A DNA stretch of 64,000 bases from Haliotis rufescens (Eukaryota), in contig NW_025963890.1 of the NCBI RefSeq assembly GCF_023055435.1, positions 15,562,001 to 15,626,000 on the forward strand. Direction: 5' to 3'. Under the pieces are notes generated by a model. The model did no database searches, was not told the origin of the DNA, and saw only the letters and a program-made list of their open reading frames with translations. The position numbers and the translations under genes are program-made. Shown piece after piece: positions 38,050 through 52,112 of this stretch (position 1 is its first letter; every line of letters begins with the position of its first letter).

Positions 38050-41000
38050 CATCACGATTTACTGTCAAGGACCACTATCCCCATCACATTATTCTGTCAA
38101 TAAAGAACCATTACCCCCCATAAGAACGTGCCGTGAAGAACCATTGTCTCCGATCGCAATTTTTTTTGTCAAGATCAAGATCATTATCCCTATCACGATA
38201 TGTTGTCAAGAGGCATTAATCCGCTAGCATAATATGCTGTCAAGATCCATTATCCCCATCACAATATGTTATCAACCATTATCCCCATCACAATATGTTA
38301 TCAACAACCATTATCCCCATCACAATATGTTATCAACAGCCATTATCCCCATCACAATATGTTATCAACAGCCATTATCCCCATCACAATATGTTATCAA
38401 CCATTATCCCCATCACAATATGTTATCAACAACCATTATCCAAATCACAATATGTTATCAACAGCCATTATCCCCATCACAATATGTTATCAAGAACCAT
38501 TATCCCCATCACAATATGTTATCAACCATTATCTCCATCACAATATGTTATCAACCATTATCCCAATCACAATATGTTATCAACAGCCATTATCCCCATC
38601 ACAATATGTTATCAACAGCCATTATCCCCATCACAATATGTTATCAACCATTATCCCCATCACAATATGTTATCAACAACCATTATCCCAATCACAATAT
38701 GTTATCAACAGCCATTATCCCCATCACAATATGTTATCAAGAACCATTATCCCCATCACAATATGTTATCAACAGCCATTATCCCCATCACAATATGTTA
38801 TCAACAGCCATTATCCCCATCACAATATGTTATCAACCAATATCCCCATCACAATATGTTATCAACAGCCATTATCCCCATCACAATATGTTATCAACCA
38901 TTATCCCCATCACAATATGTTATCAACAGCCATTATCCCCATCACAATATGTTATCAACAACCATTATCCCAATCACAATATGTTATTAACAGCCATTAT
39001 CCCCATCACAATATGTTATCAACCATTATCCCCATCACAATATGTTATCAACAACCATTATCCAAATCACAATATGTTATCAACAGCCATTATCCCCATC
39101 ACAATATGTTATCAACAACCATTATCCCCATCACAATATGTTATCAACAGCCATTATCCCCATCACAATATGTTATCAACAGCCATTATCCCCATCACAA
39201 TATGTTATCAACCATTATCCCCATCACAATATGTTATCAACAGCCATTATCCCCATCACAATATGTTATCAACCATTATCCCCATCACAATATGTTATCA
39301 ACAGCCATTATCCCCATCACAATATGTTATCAACATCCATTATCCCAATCACAATATGTTATTAACAGCCATTATCCCCATCACAATATGTTATCAACCA
39401 TTATCCCCATCACAATATGTTATCAACAACCATTATCCCAATCACAATATGTTATCAACAGCCATTATCCCCATCACAATATGTTATCAAGAACCATTAT
39501 CCCCATCACAATATGTTATCAAGAACCGTTATCCCCATCACAATATGTTATCAACAGCCATTATCCCCATCACAATATGTTATCAACCATTATCCCCATC
39601 ACAATATGTTATCAACAGCCATTATCCCCATCACAATATGTTATCAACATCCATTATCCCAATCACAATATGTTATTAACAGCCATTATCCCCATCACAA
39701 TATGTTATCAACCATTATCCCCATCACAATATGTTATCAACAACCATTATCCCAATCACAATATGTTATCAACAGCCATTATCCCCATCACAATATGTTA
39801 TCAAGAACCATTATCCCCATCACAATATGTTATCAAGAACCGTTATCCCCATCACAATATGTTATCAACAGCCATTATCCCCATCACAATATGTTATCAT
39901 CAGCCATTATCCCATTACAATAGGATATCAAGATCATTTTCTCCATCACGATGTACTGTCAAGATCCATTATCCCCATCACAATATGTTGTCAAGAACCA
40001 TTATCCCCATCACGATATGTTAACAACCATAATCCACATCACAATATGTTATCAAGAACCATTATCGCTATCACAAAATGTTATCAACAACCATTATCCC
40101 CATCACAATATGTTATCATCAGCCATTATCCCATCACAATAGGATATCAAGATCATTTTCTCCATCACGATGTACTGTCAAGATCCATTATCCCCATCAC
40201 AATATGTTGTCAAGAACCATTATCCCCATCACGATATGTTAACAACCATAATCCACATCACAATATGTTATCAAGAACCATTATCCCCATCACAATATGA
40301 TATCAAGAACCATTATCCCCATCACAATATGTTATCAAGCATCATTTTCCCCATCACAATATGTTATCAAGAACCATCATCTCCATCACAATATGATATC
40401 AAGAACCATTATCCCCATCACAATATGATTTCAAGATCATTTTCCCCATCACAATGTGCTGTCAAGAACCATTACCCCCATCACACTATGTTAACAACCA
40501 TTATCCCCATCACGATATGTTGTCAAAAACCATTATCCCCATCACAATATGTTAACAACCAAAATCCACATCACAACATGTTATCAAGATCATTTTCCCC
40601 ATCACAATATGTTATCAACAACCATTTTCCCCATCACAATATGATATCAAGATCATTTCCCCCATCACGATGTGCTGTCAAGAACCATTATCCCCATCAC
40701 GATATGTTGTCCAGAGCCATTATCCCCACCACAATATGTTATCAAGAACAATTATCCCCATCACAACATATTATCAAGATCATTTTCTCTATCACGATGT
40801 ACTGTCAAGATCCATTACCCCCATCACAATATGCTGTCAAGAACCATTATTCCCATCACAATATGTTATCAAGAACCATTATCACCACCACAATATGTTA
40901 TCAAGAACCGTTATCCCCATCACAATATGTATCAAGAACCATTATCCCCATCACGATATGTTATCAAGAACCATTATCCCCATCACAATATGTTATCAAG

Positions 41001-41855
41001 AACCATTATCCCCATCACGATATGTTGTCAAGAACCATTATACCAATCACAATATGTTATCAAAAACCATTATTCCCATCACGATATGTTGTCAAGAACC
41101 ATTATCCCCATCACAACATATTATCAAGATCATTTTCTCCATCACGATGTGCTGTCAAGATCCATTATCCCCATTTTGATATGTTATCAATTACCATTAT
41201 CCCCATCACGATATGCTGTCAAGAACCATTATCCCCATCACAATATGTTATCAAGAACCATTATACCCATCACAATATGTTATCAAGATCATTATTCCCA
41301 TCACGATATGCTGTCAAGAACCATTATCCCCATCACAATATGTTATCAAGAACCATTATCCCCATCACAATATGTTATCAAGATCATTTTCCCCATCACA
41401 ATATGTTATCAAGAACCATCATCTCCATCACAATATGATATCAAGATCATTTTCCCCATCACGATGTGCTGTCAAGAATCATTATCCCCATCACATTATG
41501 CTGTCAAGAACCATTATCTCCATCACAATATGTTATCAAGAACCATTATTCCCATCACAATATGTTACATGTATCAAAATCATTTCCCCATCACGATGTG
41601 CTGTCAAGAACCATTTTCCCCATCACGATATGTTATCAAGATTAATTATCCCCCATCACGATGTGTTGTCAGGAACATTATCTCCATCACGATATGTTAT
41701 CAAGATCAATTGTCCCCCATCACGATATGTTATCAAGATTAATTATCCCCCATCACGATGTGCTGTCAGGTACATTATCCCCATCACGATGTGCTGTCAG
41801 GAACATTATCCCCATCACGATGTGCTGTCAGGAACATTATCCCCATCACGATATG
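38050..41855. repeat. 29/32-bp satellite, about 3.8 kb, upstream of SVEP1
   Basis: ccattatccccatcacaatatgttatcaa(+cag/caa/gaa). Confidence 0.95.
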
Positions 41856-41987
41856 CACACTTTGCAATTTTAGCTATTACTGTAAGTAACATTCCTTATC
41901 ACCGGAATGGCTTGTTTTCACTTTATAAGTATTAGCTATATGCAGCTATTTTCGTTACTTAATCATCGCGATATTTCATGATTCTAT

Positions 41988-42247
41988 TTCGTTTGTTTTT
42001 TTGTTGTTTAACGTCGCACTCAGCAATATTTCACCTATATGACGGAGGTCTGTAAATAATCGATTCTGGACCAGACAATCCAGTGATTGACGTCATGAGC
42101 ATCGATCACACGACGGGGACATGCATCAACCAAGTTAGCGAGTCTGACCACCCGATCCCGTTTGTTGCCTCTTACAACAATCATAGACGCCTTTTACAGC
42201 AAGCACGGGTTGCTGAAGATCTATTCTATCCCGGATCTTCACGGGTT
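41988..42247 (-). mobile_element. SINE-like family D
   Basis: Reverse copy, flanking tgattctatttc duplication. Confidence 0.83.
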
Positions 42248-43030
42248 CGTGATTCTATTTCAAGTGGAGAGGAACAGTCTGGAGGTATAGTGAAAATACA
42301 ATGCCGCAAATTAATTTTTCATACCCTTCTCACTCACAACATTCTGCCTCCGGTTGGGCCAGTCGCTGTTTTATCTCCGTAATACCGCACGCAGGCAGGG
42401 AAACAACAAGACCCATCTTTTGACGCGGCCAGGGAACGAACCACAGACTTTACGTTCTCGGGGCAGACGCTCTATATGCATTTGCTATCGATTCATAAAC
42501 AAATTACGGTATTAATTCATTCCAAAAAATATCCATAAATATCCTACATCAATCTGTATCACCATCAACCGTTTTTATCAGCACCGCGCATGCATAAGTA
42601 GGCCAGCATCATGTGGGTTCCAGATCTCCGTGGGAAGGCAGGCATGTGGTTGTTTAGCTCCTAGCTTTGAACACACATACACCAGCTCACACCCGCACGA
42701 TGCCTTCTGAGATATGTGTATGATCTTATCTATAAAGGAGTTGATAAAGGTTAAAAATTTCATCGAACTGTGGGTTTTTAATGTGGAGTGATGTCTTACA
42801 TATCTACAGCTAAACCGCCTTAAGATAGCAGACTCGAGGAAATCGCGTTCTCGTAAACCCGTGAAAAGAGCAGTCCATTTTGTTGACATGCGGAGATGAA
42901 GGGATAGTGCACGTGCAAGTCACGGTGTGGTCGCACGTGCAATACGTGAACATACGTGCACTAAGAATCGAATCCTCAGATAACACTTTGCAGCTAACTA
43001 TCATTGAAGATCTGAAACTTTCGACAAGGT

Positions 43031-43536
43031 GGTGAGGTGAAATGGGGTTTAACGTCGCGTACAAGATGATATAGCTACGTGCATGCACACGTGTGTGTGC
43101 GTGCGTGCGTGCGTGCGTGTGTGTGTGAGACAAACACAGCATATTGACTCCGAGCTAACCAGTCCTTTTTTCGGTCCCTTAATGCCGAGCGCCAGACAGG
43201 GTTACAAGAAGTACCATCTTTTAACGTCTTTTGGTAGGGATTGCCTAAAAGTCGGGCCAAGAAAAGTCGGGCCGGGCCGGGCCGGGCCAGCGGGTAATAC
43301 TAAAAACGGATTGCAGAATAATAAAACGAAACGCGCATATCTAGGCAGATCTCAAATGTCCACAAACGTATAGCTTTGCTCATTTAATTGAGTTTGAATA
43401 GGACGCGGCCGGGCCTCCCGCTCACCGTGCAGACGCTCTACCACTAGAGCCCATTTCTGGTGTCTCCCGCCGTGATATTGCTGGAATATTGCTAAAAGCG
43501 GCGTAAAACCATACTCACTCACCCACGGAGACGGTC
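43031..43536 (-). mobile_element. SINE family C with nested insertions
   Basis: Family C tail and head separated by an unrelated segment (43235-43420) and a truncated family A copy (43448-43521). Confidence 0.68.
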
Positions 43537-43677
43537 TCATTGACAAGACCTGTATTCACTTGTAGCAACAAAAATGGCATCGAGGGTAGGGTTGGAGCCG
43601 TTTGTTCGAAACCGATTAGGGGTAATATATGTATATTAACACACTTTGTAAACATAGTTGCTGTAGTAGTATGTTAG

Positions 43678-43911
43678 TTTGCTGTTTGTTGTTTAACGCC
43701 GCACTCAGCAATATTCCAGCTATATGACGGCGGTCTGTAAATAATACAGTCTGGCCAGAAAATCCAGTGATTGACATCATGAGTATAGATCTACGCAATT
43801 GGGTTATGATGACATGCATCAACCAAGTCAGCGAACCTGACCACTTGATCCCGTCAGTCGCCTCTAACGACAACTATGGGTTGTCAATTCTAACCCGGAT
43901 TTTCACGGGTC
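43678..43911 (-). mobile_element. SINE-like family D inserted at an (AGT)n tract
   Basis: Reverse copy. Confidence 0.8.
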
Positions 43912-43918
43912 AGTAGTA

Positions 43919-43968
<50 letters not shown>

Positions 43969-44133
43969 TAGGATCTACATAGCTATAGTAGTAGTAGTAG
44001 TAGTCGTAGTAGTAGTAGTAGTAGTTAGGATCTACATAGCTATAGTAGTAGTAGTAGTAGTAGTAGTTAGGATCTCAAAGCTATAGTAGTAGTAGTAGTA
44101 GTTAGGAACTACATAGCTGTAGTAGTAGTAGTC

Positions 44134-44168
<35 letters not shown>

Positions 44169-44312
44169 TAGGAACTACATAGCTTTAGTAGTAGTCGTCG
44201 TCGTAGTAGTAGTAGTAGTAGTAGTTAGGATCTACATAGCTATAGTAGTAGTAGTAGTAGTAGTTAAGATCTACATAGCTATAGTAGTAGTATTTAGGAA
44301 AACTACATAGCT

Positions 44313-44365
<53 letters not shown>

Positions 44366-44380
44366 TAGGATCTGCATAGC
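43912..44380. repeat. Compound (AGT)n microsatellite with a recurring taggatctacatagcta spacer
   Basis: Direct inspection. Confidence 0.9.
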
Positions 44381-45099
44381 TTCTGCGCTATCACAGTGTT
44401 TAAGGAAATTTAGTATTGCTTACAGTGTCCGGCGTAAACCAGGGTTCGATTCCCCGCGTGTACAATGTGTGAAGTTCATTTCTAGTGCCGATGACTTATT
44501 GCATAACCATAAAACACAACTCACCCACTCATCTCCGCTCCTCACCGATCCGTTCCAATCCAATGCGAAACAAACCAATTAAAATTTTACGTTACGCCTT
44601 GGTAGCTTTTGCCATCATCAATTGAGTTTAATCATTACATCTCCTTCGGGGGTTTTCTCTACTTAAAATCCTGCGCTTTCATCTTCATCATCACAATCAG
44701 ACAACAAACGAACTGAAGCTTTATACACACTCAATAGATGCAGCAATTTAGTCATAAAGCCACACGTGAACTAGACAGCGGTTTTAACAAGAAAACAGGT
44801 AAAGAGCAATAAATGAGACTATTATCAATTCGTAAATCGCCAATAGCCATAAATCGTAAGAGGTATACACAAAAAAATACAACTCCGAAACATACACATC
44901 AACGGCTCCTCGGAATTCACTATGTAATGTGCCCCTGTACGTGGTATTGCAATTAGTCGGTTCTATGACTATTGGATTTGAGAGTGACTGAAATCTGTGA
45001 CGGTCTGCTAATTTAATAATTGCGAAATAATCGTTTTGAACTCGGTGAGTAGATTATATCTGCCCTAGTGTCATTCAATCCAACTCAATATCCTCACGT

Positions 45100-45610
45100 A
45101 GTATGGAGGCCGAGAGGGGACATCACTTTCTCGCTCTATCGCTATCTCGCGGTACAGCAATATTCCCTCTTGGCTACTATAGGGGTCGCATGTGTTATGT
45201 GTTTCTATACGTGGAGGACGAGATACACGTCTTACTTTTATGCCCACTATATAATGATGTGAGAACAGATCTTCTTAAACGATGTACTTTTACTTATCCG
45301 TATTTCAAAGGCTATTCCTAGTGTGAGCAATTTACACTACTTCTATCCAGCTCCGATCTCACCTTTTACGTTGCCAAAACCTGCTATGATATTTTATTGA
45401 AGCGCCGATCTATTTTATATTCATGATGTATATATATTGTATGTATATTCATTTTAGTATATAAGTTGGTTTTATGATCATATCGTCTCTCATAAGTCGT
45501 TTTACGACTGGCCGTAAGTTTTAAGCATGTTTTGATTTATATGTATATTGTACAATGAACCTTATGGGTGAGACGCAAATAAATTATTGTCTGTCTGTCT
45601 GTCTGTCTGT
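45100..45610 (+). mobile_element. Decayed 3' LINE fragment of the same type
   Basis: GRMCYVFLYVEDEIHVLLLCPLYNDVR; aataaa plus (TGTC)n tail. Confidence 0.65.
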
Positions 45611-46968
45611 ATAAGATAAAAAGTATATACGTAAAACAACATTAATTGATTGTTAAACCTGACCTCGGTGGGCGGAGGCTGGGGTGGGTTTTAATCATAA
45701 AAGAGAACTGAGATTTTTCCAGTCACATTTCAAATTATACATATGGAGGGAATGTTGAAATTTTCTCACTATCTTCTTAAACATAATTTAACAGTACAGA
45801 CGTAGGTGCTTTTATCACAGTCCACGGATTTGATTGATTTATGACCCTATTTAGGAGTATTATTGTAGGCCCAGTTATCAAAACAAACAGCAAATAACAC
45901 CGCTTATTAGCGCTGAGTAGAGTACTTCCTAAAAACAATAGTGTTTTCCTAAAAACAACACTTAGGTTATATTAATGTTTATTCAATTTGCGGAGTAGAT
46001 GTCATCAAACTAGAAGTCCTCACCCCAGCAATGGTAAACTACCGGATGTCCATTATGTGTTTTCTAAGGTTTGAATGACATATTGTTCTCAGTAAACCGT
46101 AATGTGGAATGAGATAGTTGATCGGTTTTATATTCAAGCTGGTATTTCCACTATTCAAAGTGCGCAGTGAGGTCGTCTTATCAACAGTCTTTTCTGAGTC
46201 ATAAATGCAAAGTTTAATTAATTAAGTCTACTCTCATTTTTTGCATTTATAATTAACTCTTACGTTTATTTCAAGATTTGCAGCACCTACTATTAAAAAG
46301 AAGTTAAAGAACACCCGATTCTTTCATATGACTATGGTTAGTCATTAGAGAAATCGAGAAAGCTATGTCCCGTCTCGGCCACCATACTCAAGCCACTTTC
46401 AGGAGCATGCTTTTATACACACATGTTCATTCAGTTGTTGGAAATATACAATGAACTGCTTTTAGTAGTGATTTCCAATGATTATGGAAGGGTTTTATTT
46501 TGTCGCTTTTATTTTTCTGTGAGATATGTTTCATTTGTAGAGATTAGCTGTAAACACAACTGATCAAAGCAGCACTGGAATCGCGTAACAACCGGTACCG
46601 CGTTTGATACTTACTGTTGGTATCGATTGTGTGTTTTATCGCCATTGATTAACAGGTCTTTGTCGTACATGTGTGGGTACTGCGACGGGAAGTCAGGGAC
46701 GTCATCAAAGATGTGGTATCTCTGTTTAGGTTCACGACACTCGAGTGCAAATTTAATATACGAGTGATTATAGTAATGAAAATATTTTTAAGCTGAAAAC
46801 TTGCGTGTTTTGTACTTTCGTAAAGTCAGTGTAAGAAAAGAAGTTTGGAATACCTATCCTAACATGACACTATAAACAATTAACTAAACCTTCGAGCAAA
46901 AGAAAGTACACACATATAAATGAAGTTGATTAAAAAATGTAAACTTTATGAAACCGTTACTAGGTTGA

Positions 46969-47131
46969 AGGGGCGGTCGGTAGCCTAGCGGTTAAAGCGT
47001 TCGCTCGTCACGCCGAAGACCCGGGTTCGATTCCCGACATGGGCACAATGTGTGAAGTCCTTTTCTGGTGTCCCCCGCCATGATATTGCTGGAATATTGC
47101 TAAAAGCGGCGTAAAACCATACTCACTCACT
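46969..47131 (+). mobile_element. SINE family A
   Basis: TSD actaggttgaa. Confidence 0.87.
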
Positions 47132-47182
47132 AGGTTGAAAACAGTCTCCGAACACTGCAAACCTAAGATCCAAACCACAACT

Positions 47183-48015
47183 CATCTTCTCGAGGCAAGG
47201 GAGTTAAATGACTATAAAAGTCCAGTTTCCACCCTTGCCGAACTAGGCTGGAATTTATGGGCTCGATCTCAGCGCCGACAGTTCTATAACGACTTTTGTC
47301 CCTTCTAAGCCTCTCCTATGGACTAATCAGATTCCATCTCTCGTATCACTTGCATTTGCTTCAAACAAAATGGCGGTGCCCGTCAAGACGATCTGATCGA
47401 TAATCAAGATCTATGTTCAATTTGTAATAAAGCGGGTCTTCCTGCGCGAAATGCAACAAATCACGTTTTGTTTGTTGTTTAACGCCGCACTCAGCAACAT
47501 TCCAGCTATATGTAGGTCTGTAAATAATCGAGTCTGGATCAGATAATCCAGTGATTGACATCATGAACATCGATCTACGCAATTGGGATCGATGACATGC
47601 ATCAACAGGAGTCAGCGAGCCTGACCACCCGATCCCGTTAGTCGGCTCTTACGACAAGCATAGTCGCCTTTTACGACAAGCACGGGTTGCTGAAGACCTA
47701 TTCTAACCCGGATCTTCACGGGTCGCATCAAATCACGTGAGCACTTTGATTAAAAACCCGAACAGATTTGGAAAATATCTGTCGACGCCCAGTTGACGGT
47801 ACACATACTCTGCAAATCCTGCAATCGACCGAAATCTGCACGGCAGTCGCCATGTTGTTTTACGAACCGAATGTCGATTTCGTTACGCGATTTTGATTGG
47901 ACTATGAATGCGCTCTTTAGTCCAGCTAAAACATAACTCCATAATACCAGCCTAGTTCGGCAAGGGTGGAAACTGGACTTTTATATTCAGTTAACACCCT
48001 TGCCTCGGGAAGATG
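47183..48015. mobile_element. Non-autonomous TIR element (about 70-bp TIRs CATCTTC...GAAGATG, 9-bp TSD)
   Basis: catcttctcgaggcaagggagtt...gccgaactaggctgg and its inverse; TSD accacaact/accacaaat. Confidence 0.85.
47467..47724 (-). mobile_element. SINE-like family D nested in a MITE
   Basis: 14-bp TSD gcaWcaaatcacgt; the empty site is visible in the 7810-8312 MITE copy. Confidence 0.87.
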
Positions 48016-48113
48016 ACCACAAATATGACACACGTATCAAATACATAAACCTTCCAATAACCATTCCTTGTTTGTTTCATTTGTTAGCTTTTGCTTTTGC
48101 CCGACAATTTCAT

Positions 48114-48430
48114 GTGAGTGAGTATAATTTTACGCCACTTTTAGCAGTATTCTAGTAATATAACGGCGGCGAGCATCGGAAATGGGCTTCACACATTATG
48201 TATCCACAGCAATAGAAACTAACAGGTTTAGTCCACTAGTCCTTATAATGATAACATATAGCAAAACCCTCAAAAAATGGCAAATTTCTACTAGTCCTTA
48301 GGATACCTTAACTATTGGGCAGGTTGGCAAGGACTACAGGACTAGTGCCAATTTCTAACGCTGTATCCAATTGGGGAATCGAACCCGGGTCTCCCGCGTG
48401 ACGAGTGACGCTTCACCCACAAGGCTACAC
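48114..48430 (-). mobile_element. SINE family A interrupted by a MITE
   Basis: Family A sequence split at 48207-48363. Confidence 0.75.
48207..48363. mobile_element. 157-bp MITE with CAG...CTG ends and 6-bp TSD
   Basis: cagcaatagaaa / tttctaacgctg; TSD tatcca. Confidence 0.7.
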
Positions 48431-49736
48431 CACCGGGGTACCGCACCTTAACGTGAAGACGTATGTATCAAATATATGTTATATTTTTCGCAGTTCGAGG
48501 TAACTGATATGAATGGAATTGCCGGTACTATAAAGTTACATCGTCTTAAATACTAACTCGAGACAATGAAAATAGAATTAACGATTCTATTTTGTGAACG
48601 AAACATCGGGATCTGTATTATCCTTGATAGTTCACGTGGGAATGGTCATAAAATGCCTTTAAATTGTCAAATAGCCTGCAAATGTATCGTGCAGAGTGAA
48701 ACTATAGTCAATGAGAATGACACGTCTGTTCAATTGATTTGAACTGAAAAAACCCCTGTCCAAACCCACCGTCATATGCCATGTATACGTTAATCAAATC
48801 ACGTAGCCACATGGAATACCTTTGTTACATCAAACCAATTGTTGGTTGTAAAACAGTGTTATTCGTAACGAGCTATCGCACCCCAAATAACAGGTTCGCT
48901 GCTGATGCGTACAGCCGTTAATGCTCGCATGAATAAGCAATAACTCACTTCGTGTTGAAGTTAATGCTGATTCCGTGGTGTCAGTCAATCAGTTCGTTCA
49001 ATCAAATTTGATTTTGGATGCAAATTAAATGAATCGATTATTTAACCAAGCCATAACTCGTATAGGAAGTAGGCTCCTTGTGTGAATTGACTGGTAGGGG
49101 CACAACGATAATTTATCAGTTTTATTCCACAAAGCCTTCTGTTAGGCTGAGCGCCTGCCCGCGTTTCCTTACTGTAAAAAAAACCCAGACTGGATTATTT
49201 ACAGACCGCCGTCATATAGCTGGAATATTCCGGAGTGCGGGGTTAAACAACAAACCAACCAACCAACCTTACTGTAAAACAAGTTAACTTTGATCCAGAG
49301 GATCAACACAGCGTAAAGAATTTTTGTAGCATACCTACCTATTGATGCATGTACCTAGACTGTTATAAAGTGCACGTGTAACCCAGAGGATAAAACAAAT
49401 TGTTATTTGCATGTAGCACCTTCAGAATCAGGAATGAGAATATGGCACATTTCAGTTTAAATATTTATGTGATATTAAAGTACAAAACAAACATCTTATG
49501 AAAAAATATGTTTTCAGAACAATGACTTCATGAAACGTGTTATTGTTTTCGAGGAACATGGGGTATTAACTTGACGCAATCATAGTGATATACATGATTG
49601 TTGACATTGATAGATATATATATATGTAAGGTTATCAATATTATTTCATAAATAATATTTTTAAAGTAATAGCTACAATGTTGTAATATTATTGGACAAA
49701 AAGCTACTGTCATCACAGGTTGTATATGCGAGTACT

Positions 49737-49996
49737 GACCCGTGAAGATCCGGGGTAGAATAGGTCTTCAGCAACCCATGCTTGCCCCAAAAGGCGACTA
49801 TGCTTATCGTAAGAGGTGGCTAACGGGATCGGGTGGTCAGGCTCGCTGACTTGGTTGATGCATGTCATCGATCCAAATAGCTTCCATCGATGCTCATGTT
49901 GTCAATCACTGGATTGTCTGGTCCAGACTCGATTATTTACAGATCGCCGTCATATAGCTGGAATATTGCTGAGTGCGGCGTTAAACAACAAATAAA
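49737..49996 (+). mobile_element. SINE-like family D
   Basis: Full copy. Confidence 0.87.
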
Positions 49997-50574
49997 CTTA
50001 TTTGTAACAAATATCAATTATTACTACGTTTGCATACATTCTTTTAAAATATCATGAATATCAAACAATCCATAATTTTAAAATGCCAAGTTCATCATCA
50101 AATTCAACCATCTAAACGCATTTATCAGTTCATAAATAAATTGCGACAAAACCCTTCTACATTTCATTAGAAATAAAAAAGCAGAGTCGATTGTACGATT
50201 CCGACTATATCATAATCATGTGTTTATGGGGGGCCGGGGGCTACGATGAAACCCCAGTTTAACAGCGGAAACATGGACCCAGTTTCAGTAGATACAAAAC
50301 GTCGAATATGAAATTCGAACCAACGATCATAAGATGCTGGCTCGACTAAGGGACGCAACAGTATGTCTTCCTCCGAAGAAAAATATGTCAACGCATCAGA
50401 TCACCTGACTATTTACACTGAGGCACTGGTTGAAAACTATGTGTTTATAACACAGGTAACCAGCCGCACGTGCTGCACGTGGAACGTCATCTCTACATGG
50501 TCTGGTTACAACAGACCTCCTTGGATACCAACTGCTGCTCCCCGTCATAGAATGGCTAACCCTACACGAATCAA

Positions 50575-51462
50575 GGAGGTGTATACCCGCTACACTTACA
50601 GCTCAAGAAGTGTATTCCCGCTGGTTTATAGCTTAAGAAGGCCTGTACCTGCTACATTTACAGCTCAAGAAGACGTTTACCTGCTACATTTACAGCTCAA
50701 AAAGGCGTATTCCCGCCACATTTACAGCTCAAGGTGTATACCCGATAGTTTACAATTTAAGAAGGCCTATGCCCGCTACATTTACAGCTCAAGGTGTATA
50801 CCCGATAGTTTACAATTTAAGAAGGCCTATGCCCGCTACATTTACAGCTCAAGGTGTATACCCGATAGTTTACAATTTAAGAAGGCCTATGCCCGCTACA
50901 TTTATAGCTCAAGGTGTATACCCGATAGTTTACAATTTAAGAAGGCATATGCTCGCTACATTTACAGCTCAAGGTGTATACCCGATAGTTTACAATTTAA
51001 GAAGGCCTATGCCCGCTACATTTACAGCTCAAGGTGTATACCCGATAGTTTACAATTTAAGAAGGCCTATGCTCGCTACATTTACAGCTCAAGGTGTATA
51101 CCCGATAGTTTACAATTTAAGAAGGCCTATGCCTGCTACATTTACAGCTCAAGGTGTATACCCGATACACTTACAGGGGGCACGGGTGGCCCAGTCGTCT
51201 AAGGCGCCGCGATTCGCTGTGCAGAGTTGCGTCCCTTGGACACATCAGAAACCTGTGATTGTGGGTTCGAACCCGGGTTCGCCCCGATTATGTTTCTATG
51301 TTTGTCAGCACCATACCCGTGCTCGTGGGTTCTTACTTTAAGCTGACACGCCGTAAAATAACTGGAATACTGTTAAAAGCGGCGTTAAACCAACTAAGTC
51401 AGTCAGTCGATACATTTACAGCTCAAGCAGGCGTATACTCGCTACATTTACAGCTCAAGAAG
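50575..51462. repeat. 60-bp minisatellite (dimer of about 30-bp subunits) interrupted by a SINE
   Basis: Near-identical consecutive 60-nt lines 50761-51120. Confidence 0.92.
51176..51407 (+). mobile_element. SINE family B (internal deletion) inserted in the 60-bp minisatellite
   Basis: TSD cgatacaYttaca. Confidence 0.82.
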
Positions 51463-51827
51463 GCTTCTTCGAAAGATGACCGATCGCCTCCGTGGTCTGG
51501 TGGATAGAGGGTCAGTCTGGAGATCGGAACTTATTACCGTGTCTGGCGCTCGGCAATAAAGGGATAAAACAAAGACGGGTCGGATAAACAACAAAAGAGT
51601 TTTCGTTTATAAACCTATCAATATTTATTTTATATCACAACACCGTGTATGGAATTGCAACAATTAACACTATTTTACGCTATTTTTATCCTGACAGTAT
51701 AATGTTTGTATTCTACACAACTTAGCCGCAGCAACCATATCTCTGTGCTGCTCCCAGTAAAAACTTTTGATATTGACTTGTCGCTACACAGAGCTACGGG
51801 CAGTCATGGTGTTTTCGTAATATATCC

Positions 51828-52112
51828 AACGCCAACTGAAAGTTAGCATGTCATTCGTCATTCGAATGACGAAAGACGAATCATTTCGTCTTTCGTCATT
51901 AGAATGGCGAATCACGAATTTTTTCGTCATTCGTCATTCATCTTACACCATTAAAATAAATGCCAATAAATCCACGATCGCAACTTGATCGCAACGCCAA
52001 CTTGAAGTTAGCATGTCATTCGAATGACGAAAGACGAATTTTTTGGCCATTCGTCATTCAACTTACAACACTAAAATAAATTCCAATGGCGAATGACGGA
52101 TAACATGCCAAC
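51828..52112. repeat. Palindromic element with internal duplication (MITE-like)
   Basis: agttagcatgtcattcgtcattcg / cgaatgacggataacatgccaact; about 165-bp direct repeat. Confidence 0.55.

Noticed and set aside
38234-41935. Long overlapping ORFs up to 585 aa (MLSTIIPITICYQQPLSPSQY repeats)
   Set aside because: They are translations of a stop-poor satellite monomer, open in all three frames; no coding signature.
50363-51341. 279-aa and 190-aa repetitive ORFs
   Set aside because: They read through a 60-bp minisatellite and into a SINE.
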